Positions 40,499 through 51,889 of a stretch of 64,000 bases of DNA are shown here, one piece after another. The notes under the pieces were generated by a model. It did not search any database and was not told where the DNA came from. It saw only the letters and a list, made by a program, of their open reading frames with translations. The stretch lies in the NCBI GenBank assembly GCA_002633005.1, contig NMRA01000016.1, positions 1 to 64,000 of the forward strand. Reading direction: 5' to 3'. Source of the stretch: Phoronis australis (Eukaryota; Animalia; Phoronida). The position numbers and the translations under genes were made by a program. Position 1 is the first letter of the stretch, and every line of letters begins with the position of its first letter.

Positions 40499-43400
40499 GC
40501 AAGGACTGTACAGAGCTATATCGTCGTGGTATCACAGTGGATGGAATATACAATGTAACACTTAAAGATGGTGGACCGGCGATATCGGTGCCGTGTAGTA
40601 TGCAACACCACGGAACGGGGTGGACGGTAAATGAGAGGCAGATTTTATGTACCCTGGCCTAATCTTCCGAGCAAAGGTTCTATTTCTAAGCTCTAAGAGC
40701 AAAGTCTCTTGACTGCAGGTCATGCATGTATGTGTACACGCGTGTCCTCGTCCATTAACTGTCCCACAAGCAGTACATTGTGACTTATGGCATAAAATGG
40801 CGTCAATAGACTGCACCAGATTATTTTTCGCACCGTGATTTTGGCATGCGGTACAGTAGCCCCAATTCATTTTTTTTCGTGACCAAGGTCTGCACTATCA
40901 TCTCCACTGTTAGTGCTTGTGTACAACTTTGTATTACTTACTGTTGTGTTCGGAGGAGAACGTGCAGAGGCAAATCATTCACATGTGTGTACTGCCATTT
41001 TATTCTGCATTGTGGGTTGCGGGTATGCGTGAAACAACAATGCATGCAGTACAGTAAAGTCTTCACCTGCCTTGATAATCATTACATGGTTGCTTTATAA
41101 TAACCCCATGGCAGTGAGTACTATGTTTTCACATCCGATGTTATGCCTATCGTTCACCGGTGTCTCCAGACTGGCCGTTATCATGTCCTTCAGTGATTTC
41201 AAACGTCCATTTATTGGAAGCAGTTGTGCGGACTATGAAAACGCATTTATCAGGAAAATGACAATTGAATCTCAGCTCGTAACGATCGCCTAATTCAGTG
41301 GCTTTTGATAAGTGATAATCCGTCAACTAAAATTCAGAAACCAGCTCTGTGTTTAAACAAGCAGACATGAAAAATCCCCGCCTGATCTTGTCGAGACTCC
41401 AATCTGCTAATTCCATTTATTTTTTTGCATTATAATTACATGTCACATAAAACAATTCAGTATACATCAATTACAAAAAATAACATTAAATCACTAGTCA
41501 AAAAGTACCGTATTTTCTTCAGGATGTAATTTAATAAAGTTTATAAGCATTTGGAAATTGAGATTTTTTTAACAAACTTTTGGTTAAATATGTAATTTTT
41601 GCTAGCATGATCAACAGATTAATGTTACAATTTTCCAACTGAATGTTAACCAAAAAACCAAAAAACATTATTATTTTGTCCACATGAAAATTTACATGAC
41701 ATGTTTGTTATAACCACTCAGCAAACAGGAGCCAAAAACCGGAGAAAAGACGACATTCCCAAAACATATGGAGAAAAGTTTCACTGTGTTCACCAAAGAA
41801 AGAGCATGAATCACTTGTTTTATTTTAATTGTGTGCAAATAATTATTGGTTGGCAATATTCTGTGAATTAAGCGGTATTGAAACCAACGCAATTTTGTAT
41901 CTTTTGTATAATTGAAGGGGAGTTTATTTACTTTTCTCCACCATGTATCAGGGTCACTAAAAATTACATTATTTATAACACCGTTTACATCTATCTCAGA
42001 TGACCACTTGTTTTTATATTTACAAGCTGTCTGGAGTGACTGTACAAAGGTGTCATAACTATTTACCGCTTGTGATTTATTATGCAAAATTTATAAATAT
42101 AACTTGGAAAATTAGGTAAAGAGATATTGTCTTGTCTATTCTTAAGACCATTGTACGCTGCAAAGGTTGCACTTCTTAATCCATAGAATTATAGTATAGG
42201 AGGTTGAAAGTTATAACTGTTACAGAGTTCTTCGTACATTTGTATGACATAAAAGAACCTTCAGCATTAAAAAAATCACACACACGATAGACTCCCCTTT
42301 CATACCAGGTCTTGTAGAAAATAGATTTCCTACCTACTTTAATCTTTGAATTATACCACAGGGGAGAGTAAATGTTATTTTCATTTCAAATTAATCAAGA
42401 AGTTCACGCAATTCATGCAGACATCTTAGAATTCTTTAATATTCTCTAACATGTCGGTAGGACCTCTCTGAGACTTCAAACTTAATTCACACAGACATTC
42501 TAGGATTATGTGAGACTGAATGCTTTCTCTCACTCCATATGAATTGCCATATTTTTTAAACAAATTAATCCAGTCTTATTTAAGACCACATATTGATTAT
42601 CGTGATATTATATACTAGCCAACTACATGTTATACAGTTGTTCCTCAACAAATGGAGAATAAAAAAATTAAGCTGCTTAACTTGTGACTGTGGTTTACAG
42701 AAGAAGCAAGAGTGTTCAACTTTAAATTTCTTCAGCTGTTCCGAACTGTCCGCCCGAACTAATCTTCGCGTAACCATATTTACTTTCAAACTACAAGACA
42801 ATGTTAAAATGCTTCCGTTAAAATAAATCGATCTATGGTCTAGATTTAAATACAGTGGTTTATACATGTATGTTGACTCCCCCGTCAGATACACAGGCAT
42901 TCAGAAAGGCTGTAGTTCTGTCTCGCATAATCAATTGGAAATTTCTTTCATTCTGTGTATTTAAGGAAAGAATCTCAATTACATGTACCAGTTTTCAAGC
43001 GAAAGCATTTTCCGTAACCTCACTACCCCATTGCCTTGAAACGATTTTCACTAGCTTTATACAGACCCAAACGCGCTTTTTGTTAACTTTGATATACATT
43101 TCCTGAATTTGGAATTAATGTAGGGACCTTCAATCTTACTTTCACATAATTTTAAAACTTTTCAACCATTCAATCGCCAAAATTGCTTTCTCATGGCTGA
43201 TATGCTCTGATGCGTGCGTGCTCGTAGGATCGGGCAATATTTAATTTGTTTCACTAACATGCTCCATTTCTGATTTTGTCGCCCTTTGACTTATAAGATT
43301 ATTTTTTACTTACATGGCTTGATGTACTCACATCGTCTGCTCGGTTCGTGGCTAGGGTCTGCTGTTTGATTGGTCAGATGGAAACAGCGATATGTGGCTC

Positions 43401-46400
43401 CACGTTGTGGAGGTGTGAATGAACAGCACTATTCCACACCAAAGTGTTAATGCTACGCTATATCGGATTATACATGTAGTTGTAATACTGGCTTTCGTTC
43501 AGTCAGAGAAGAGAGTAATCAGTGGTTGGGTAGTAAAATAAAAACCATCATACTGTCCACAGAATATGTTGAGAGTAAACAAAAATTATAATCCTGCGCA
43601 AGTTTTCGTGTCATTGCAGGATGTGTCTCGCTTTGATTTCTAGGTAATTCAACGACGGAGAGATGGATCAGAAGACTTCTTTCGAACTTGGAGTGATTAT
43701 AAGGCAGGATTTGGAAGTCTTGACAACGAGTTTTGGCTTGGTATGACGTACATGTATAAGAATTGTTGTCTCAAAACTTCTGTGGCATGTTACTCGACTG
43801 GCGTTTGTCCTCATTTTCTGGTAAAATCAGCCAACGGAAACGAGCTAGGGCTGAAAGTCAAAAAATTTGTTACAGCTCGTACAGTGTAAAGGCAGAAATC
43901 TATAATCTGTTCAACTAAACAGGAGAAAAAAGATTTCGAGAAAAGCAAAAAACAAAACATTAACTGCTGGCGAATTGTAGTACTGCTAAATTTTTGACTG
44001 TTGGCTAAAGTCAAAAACTTAAAGCCAATGTCTGTTCGAGAAACCGACCCCAGGCTAAAGTGGAACATGACATATCACGTATTTTTAATTGAGTGGAATG
44101 TTGAACATTCACGGTAGCTTCAGTTTGAAGCAGCTCATGGAAGCGATATATCTTACGCATTCAGGCATCTGAGGCCGTGCTGGCAGGCGTAACAAGCAAA
44201 AAAAAAATGAAGAACTTAGTGTCAGAGCAACATACTTAGCATAAGCAAAAGATTTAGGGAAATTAACTTGAGTACCTATTTGGCTCTGTTTCATGCAACC
44301 GTTCGTCGATCACCACACAGCTGAACTCGCCAGATTCATGCTATTTTGGTGTAATGAGGAAATAGTAGTTATCCTCTAAAATAAAGCATGATACAGCTGA
44401 TGGAGAGTCTTATAACAGGTAAACAGTTTATTCGCATGCTCGTCCGGAAAGAGGAAGTTGATTGTTTGCATGGTTAACAAACTACAGGAAATACGAGAAA
44501 TCTCAATTCACCATTCGGTTTAGTTATGAAAGAGCATACAATTTCCTATGCCACGACATGAATGTTGCTGTTTTTACAAGAAAAAGAATGGCAATCAAAC
44601 TTTATCTGATCATGAAGAGTTTTGCTTCCCCTAGCATATCTAGTAGAACAGAAACGCAGACGAAGTTGAATTTTTTTAACGAAAAGAAATACTAAACAAA
44701 CAAAGGCATTTTGAAGATTTTTAAGACAAATGATGAAAATAAATGGTGGAAAAACAATTTTCGTAACATGCCATGCTGCCACATCTCGTTTTGCCTCATC
44801 CTGTTGGACAATTACTATTAGCAGTGTGTGTGGACATTCATGGATGAATGAAATAACGCTGCAAATTATAAAATTAGCTTGCGTGAATTGTTAAGTTTGA
44901 TTGATGGATGATTTCGAAAGCTTACTCAAATGTTGTGTGTGTAACCATGCAGCCGTGGGGTTTCAACATCCACTGCCGTAGTTCAAAACATAAATCACCC
45001 GTTGCATTTCGGTAGCGAACCTTGAGGTCCAAAACATTCAGTTGCGTGAGAAATTTAACATAAGATAGAGGTTCACCCGAAGTATTTTTACGCCCAGTTG
45101 TCAGAGGAAAGTGTTGGTGGTAGTGCTTATAACGTTTCTGGTTCTCTTGAGACCGAATTTCTATGTACTTGTTAGATTTANCGATTCGAGTCTGAGTGCG
45201 GAGATTGGAGACCGGGCCCAGGTTTAGGAAGACCAGGTTTAAGTCTTAAACCTGGTTTTGTTAAACCACCTTTATGAAATCGGCTGTTTGTGTCAGAGCA
45301 ACATACTTAGCATAAGCAAAAGATTTAGGGAAATTATTTGAGTACCTATTTGGCTCTGTTTGATGCAACCGTTCGTCGATCACCACAAGCTGAACTCGCC
45401 AGATTCATGCTATTTTGGTGTAAATGAGGAAATAGTTATCCTCTAAAATAAATCATGACACAGCTGATGGAGAGTTTTATAACAGGTAAACAGTATATTC
45501 GCATGCTCGTCCGGAAAGAAGAATTTGATTGTTTGCATGGTTAACAAACTACAGGAAATACGAGAAATTTCAATTCATCATTCGGTTTAGTTATGAAAGA
45601 GCATACAATTTCCTACGCCACGACATGAATATAGCTGCTTTTACAAGAAAAAGAAAGGCAATCAAACTTTATATGATCATGAAGAGTTTTGCTTCCCCCA
45701 GCATATCCAGTAGAACAGAAACGCAGACGAAGTTGAATTTTTTTAACGAAAAGAAATACTAAACAAACAAAGGCATTTTTGAAGATTTTTAAGACAAATG
45801 ATGAAAATAAATGGTGGAAAAACAATTTTCGTAACATGCCATGCTGCCACATCTCGTTTTGCCTCATCCTGTTGGACAATTACTATTAGCAGTGTGTGTG
45901 GACATTCATGGATGAATGAAATAACGCTGCAAATTATAAAATTAGCTTGCGTGAATTGTTAAGTTTGATTGATGGATGATTTCGAAAGCTTACTCAAATG
46001 TTGTGTGTGTAACCATGCAGCCGTGGGGTTTCAACATCCACTGCCGTAGTTCAAAACATAAATCACCCGTTGCATTTCGGTAGCGAACCTTGAGGTCCAA
46101 AACATTCAGTTGCGTGAGAAATTTAACATAAGATAGAGGTTCACCCGAAGTATTTTTACGCCCAGTTGTCAGAGGAAAGTGTTGGTGGTAGTGCTTATAA
46201 CGTTTCTGGTTCTCTTGAGACCGAATTTCTATGTACTTGTTAGATTTAAAAGTGTCCCTCTTTGAAATTCATTTAACTTGTTTCCAACTTGTCCAGTACT
46301 CATATTAGTCATTTCTAGGCTTTGAAAAGCTTCCACCTCTTTAGTGAGGGGCATTGAACTTTACACATTAACATAATTGACGGGGCTGGGCATTTAGGGA

Positions 46401-48630
46401 CCGAGTATGGTTTCGAGCATTAACGAAGCCTACTTCTAATCACAAGAACAAGTTGAGACTTTTATAAATTTACAAATTTTGTGACAGCAAGTGGCCAAAA
46501 TCAATAGTAGTTGTGACAGAAGACTGACTTATAGCCATGACAATTTGTCCAGGGAACGATAACTTACATCGGTTAACAAGTCAAGACAAGTACGAACTAC
46601 AAGTCATTCTTGAGGACTTCGAAGGCGGGTCGGCAACGGCACGGTATACATCGTTTACCGTTGGTCCTGAGACAAAAGGTTACGAGCTAGAAGTGTACGG
46701 TTATTCTGGAACTGCAGGTGATTTTCTATTCAATGAAATAAGTAGAACAAAAAAACTTCGTTTGGAAGAGATTTTTCTTGTGCAATTTTCTGTTGAATGT
46801 CAAGTGGCCTTTTTAATGGATAGAATGAAAGGTCATTTACATGTGCACGTCCAAAGCAGCACCGCTAGTAGATTTAAATATAGAACTCACATTTCAGCAG
46901 AATTTGAAAGCACTGAATAAAAAACCATGTTTCCAAAATCAACTGCTAGCTTTGCAAGCATACGCTTGTCTGCCTGCGTGATACCTACTGCATTCACGAT
47001 TAGACTATCTTTTTCTAACAAAGCTACGTTTTGGTATGCGCACGCATTGAGTTTTGCTACCCGTACAAAGTTTAATGTTTTCTTTCTCAACCTCACATAT
47101 TGTCTCTTCCCCAGAAACGACATATTGTGCCCTCGCTGGAGGCGACAATATGTGTTAAGTGCGACAATAAACGGTGTTTCCTGGAAGTGGCCCATAATGT
47201 TGCCGTAGATCACATTTCTTGGATGCGAACATACAGGCATATGCGATACTGCGTATGGGTCTCTATACACGTCCAGGCATGGGCAAATCCAAACATTGAC
47301 AAGATTGGTGCCGTTGGTTTACGTAATAATTTACTGTTGGGGTTAGGGTGTCAGGCGTAACACTGTGCTATGTCCAAAAATCGTGAATGCTAGTCGGAGG
47401 GAGTAGGAGCGGACGGTGCGATTCTGAGACATTTGCACCCTGGCCCTTCTTCGCTACTTTCCACGAACAAAGTAACTGTTGTGCTATGCAATATAACAAG
47501 TAATTTGATTTTAAAATTGCTCTACACCCAAATCAACAAAAATCACGATCAGCCTGTTTCTTGAACATGAAGTACGTAACTGCTGAGTAGTACTAAGTAA
47601 GAAAGGCCCATATGAATTGCAGTGCAAGACATAAACACCACGACGGTAATGCATCGCTAATTTGTGTACCGTTTGTATTCCTTCATACCTCTTTCATTTA
47701 TACCCAGAAAAAAAACAGTGAAAAACGTTCGATTTTGTGGCAAAAATGACGAGCAGACAAAAACCAATGTTTTCTGGAATGCATGTCTTGCCGTCTTTTA
47801 TTCTGAAACATGCGAGAACCTTGCAAGATCGTGGCTGTAACGATGCTTACGCTATTTTATGATATCCGTGGTAGATTGAAATCTAGATTCTTGCGCGGAT
47901 ACCAACAAACAAAAGTTCAACTGTTCGGTGTGTTCGATTTTCGGATACACATACGGCTGCAATGTACATGTACAGCAACGATTGCAAGACACTCGTACAA
48001 TGTATGAACTAGTGCACGTTTTCTCAAAATAGCGCGTTGGGTTGCTATGAATTTGCTTTTGTAATATAATCCGGCTATGTTCTATCATCAACTTCAGTAT
48101 TCACGCATTTGTTGTATTAATACAATTGTATTAATAAAATTGTATTACACAAGTATGAACCAGAACACTGTACACATGAGTAATGAGCACAATGTCAGAA
48201 GAACAGGTTGAGTTGCTAGGAAATTCCCATTCTGCTATAATCTCAGCGTCGGCTACGTTCAGTACGAACGAATGCAAAACAATCGTCATCAAAAGGAGAC
48301 GTTGGCACTCTATACGGTCGTTGCGCACAAGTGTCGGTTTCTATTTCAGGTGATTCTTTATCTTATCACAATGGTCAGAAATTTACTACAAAGGACGTTG
48401 ATAATGATAGGTTTAACGGCAACTGTGCTACGAAGTTCCGCGGAGCCTGGTGGTACAAAGCGTGCCACTACTCAAATTTGAATTGTGTGTACCAATTAAC
48501 TTCGAAGTGCATGTTTGGAAAAGGTGTTATTTGGCGCAGTTTCAGAGGTCAACACTACTCTTTAAAGACAGTCAACATGATGATCAAGTCCACGTGTGAG
48601 TCTTTTTATTATCATTTTAATACCTTATAA
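40499..48630 (+). CDS. Fibrinogen-related domain protein (ficolin/FIBCD1/tachylectin-5/MFAP4-like), 5'-partial
   Basis: Phase-compatible GT-AG exons: 40499-40626 ([17 protein letters not shown]...GTGWT), 43644-43740 ([33 protein letters not shown]), 46553-46717 (NDNLHRLT...YSGTAG) and 48350-48630 ([19 protein letters not shown]...[14 protein letters not shown]...[11 protein letters not shown]). Upstream exons were not identified. Confidence 0.92.
41410..42600 (-). mobile_element. L1/Tx1-clade LINE 3' remnant in an intron of the fibrinogen-domain gene
   Basis: [22 protein letters not shown] and [27 protein letters not shown] (zf-RVT-type region), with many frameshifts. Confidence 0.85.
44220..46248. 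repeat. ~0.96-kb tandem duplication split by a single N (probable haplotype/assembly overlap)
   Basis: 44220-45180 matches 45291-46248. The N is at 45181, and about 110 bp of extra sequence lies at 45182-45290. Confidence 0.95.
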
Positions 48631-48960
48631 TAAGATAAGCAAGATGAGAAGTATGAGGTGAGAACGAGGGTGCATATCGCGTTTTGGTCGTGATAGACCG
48701 ACCCGAAAAGCCTCGCTCATTTTCGGGTCTGTGGAAATTCCTGAAAAAACCGCAAACCTTTGTTAGGCCGGTAACGCGATTTCACACCTATACACATTAC
48801 CTGCTGGCGTTAAGTTCTATTGCCATACCAGACATAATTACCATGTTTACTGCCCCTACAGCCTGAATAGGTAATAAACTTTTGAAATCACTGATACAAG
48901 CTTGTCAAGTTCATAGTCCCTGTATCCCCTTAGATTCTATCACGAACATTTCGCGTTATG

Positions 48961-49300
48961 CGAGTGGGGGAAGGGGAGGGTTAGAGGAAATTGTGGAGTT
49001 AGCTAGTTAGAAAGAACAGAGGCGGTGGAGAAGGGAGAGTGCGAGAACACAGAGAAAATGAGGTAAGAGGGAGGGGCATGGGGGAGGTAGAGAGAGAGGG
49101 AGGAAGAGATAGGTGTAGGGAATGAGAGAGAGATAAAAAATGGGACGGGCGGAAAGGGAAAGAGGGGTGAGATAGGTAGAAAATGAGCAAAAGGGAGAAA
49201 AACATGGAAGAGGCGGAGAGAATGAATGAGAGGGATGAAGGCGGAGAGAGTGTGAGCGTAGGTACGATGAGAGAATGCCGCTGAGAATGGGAATTTGAAA
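48961..49300. repeat. Purine-rich (GA) low-complexity tract
   Basis: Strongly G/A-biased sequence with AGAG and GGGA runs. Confidence 0.85.
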
Positions 49301-51889
49301 GGGTAAAATGTGACTTCGACAGTCAGAAGATGGGTGGAATCGGAAAGAATTGCCGTTGGATTGATTCGCCAATACGTAAGAACCGTGAAATCATCGAAAT
49401 GATACCGTAAGTATTTATTTTTCAATGACGTAGCTGCTCCCTATCTTCCCGCAAACATATTTAAGATTGTGCTCCAGTTTTTGCAGGCTCTCCTTTGTAG
49501 TTTCATTATTAGCAAGAAATCCAGCCTACTGGACCGAAACATTTCAGCTTACGTGCCGGATTGATTATGGTTTCGAGGGGCCCCGAGCTATCTGAAGGTC
49601 AGGGACTGCAATAATCTGAGATAAGTTATTTAGGCTTTTATATTTCTTGGTATGATACAGTGGCGGATCTAGGATATCATAAGGGAGAGGCCCCACCATT
49701 TTGATTCAAAGCACGATTGCATGCGCGCGCACCCATCCTGAAAGATAGGGGAGGCTGATTTCGTGGACCTCCTACACATACTAAAATCAAATCGGACTAA
49801 AAAAAGAAAAAAACGAGAGAACGGTTGCGCAGGACTTTTACACTTGCAATGGGGTCTGACTCCCAAGCCGCATGTTTATTACCGGGGTTAATCGATGAAC
49901 TCAATATTTCCTCACGCCCTTGCTGTTTTATTTCTTTTGCGGCAGGGCCACCTGAAAACTTTAAATCCGCATATTTGATACCAGCAAACTGGGGTTCATC
50001 ACAAATTTTGTTGCTACGAAGCTGTTCTCATCTCGCTGGAGATGGAATGGCGCTTGCACGTGACACAATTGTGCTCATTTCAAAACGAAAACACACTTTT
50101 TATTGTTACAAAAGGCTCAGAATTATACAAAAATGACATTTATTAGATTGTTTTTCACTTAAACAGCTATAAGGGGCAAGGTGAGTATCAGTTGACTTCA
50201 AGATTTTGCATGCACCCCACCGGTCTTTAGCTGCAGATGTCGATAAAAAATCACAGCGAGGTGACGCGCAGAACTACCCAAGCTGTGTGCTGATTCGAGT
50301 TCTGTCGTCGCTGAACACACTGTTATCTAGCTGTATTTGGACGAAAGTCTTCATACAACTAGCTGGCTTGCTACAGTGTAAGTCTTGGCTAGGAAAACTG
50401 AGAATACGGTCTATGATTAATTTCAAAACAACAGCGTCAGCAGAGAAACACGGACTCTCAATTTAAGTCTTTCACTTGTGCTGCCACGTGTCATTCAATG
50501 ACACGTGGCGCGAGCACATTTTTTCATGAGCACCAACTACAGTTAGAACTCGTTTTGCCGAGCATATCTGCATTTGGTAATTGATTTTGACTGTAGTTGC
50601 GCTTCTTACCTATCACTTGTTACCGATTTGTTGCTGCGTACGCATCGAGCATGAAGGGTGTATGTGCTGTAGTTTTGACTAAAATTTCATTGATACTTAT
50701 TCGTCTAGCAAAGAGCACAGATCTTTTGGAGTACAGTCAGCAGTTGGAAACTGTTCGCTTTTACAACTACGGACCTCACAATCAAACTGTCAGGGACAAC
50801 AAGTTAACGGTAACAATTTAACAACTGTGACACCTCGAACTGTTACACGAATGACAAATGACCATATCGATTCTGGTAAAATACATATAGATTATTTCAT
50901 GGCAAAGTCATTATCACCAATAATCTAGAACTCGAGTTGCTCAAGCTTTTGCATGATTCATTCAAAAACAATGAACGTTATCTTGGTACACAAGGCTTGC
51001 CGGTTTGTTGCTAGTGACGGGCTGGTGGAATCAACCATTCGGTTTTAAGAACCAATCCCTTGAATTTAAAAAAGTAAATGATTGATGGAATACTTACTTC
51101 CATTAACCTGCTGATCTGCCATGGCAACTAGTTTTCATAGTTATGAGAACAATTCGGAACATAATCGAGTTGATGAGGCGTTGTTTCCGTCCACGGTCGT
51201 TGACAAAAACTACAACAAGCGCCCACATGTGAGGGTAAAACACCAAAGGCAAAATGGTACCATGCAAGTGATAGGGAATTCCTTGGTAAGGTTGATAGTG
51301 AAAAAATGGAAAAACGAGACAAATATGACGTTTATTGCATTGTTGTTTTGTCTTCCAGGTAGGGAGATTTAGACGAAAAGTTTATGGTCGACTATGGGAG
51401 AACGCTAAAGTTCCTTACAGATTCGAAACAACACCTGGAAAAAATTGGGGTAGGGACCAAAGAGCTTTGTTTACGTAATTTTAATCACAGGATAGGTGCT
51501 GTGGTGTTCTAATGGCCGTTTACATGTTTACGTTCAACTTGACTAATCTTCAACCAACATTGTTCACGGTTACCAATTGAATACTCGTTTTTAGCCGGAA
51601 CCATTTTGATATTCTTAGTATTATTTGCAACATTCACAAAGCTCGCCTAAAAATTTTTGTCCAGGAATTATGTACTTGTTTTTGATATTACTTTTGACCA
51701 AGTTAATTTTTTGTTATAGGAAGCTACCAAAAGCAAGGTGAGGGAATCGTAAAGGCAGCACTTGCTCTAATACAAAAGCAAACGTGCCTTAAGTTTAACT
51801 TGGTGGACGGAAGTTACAACAGCTACCATTTGATCTTCAGTAACGGTGACGGGTAATAATTTGTCTCCGCTAAAAGCTTATCCTGAAGA

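Noticed and set aside
48999-49425. Three overlapping Ser/Pro/Leu/Phe-rich minus-strand ORFs
   Set aside because: They result from the stop-poor pyrimidine-rich strand of a GA low-complexity tract.
49659-49720. CAGTGGCGGATCTAGG transposon-like left end
   Set aside because: No convincing matching right end or target-site duplication was found.
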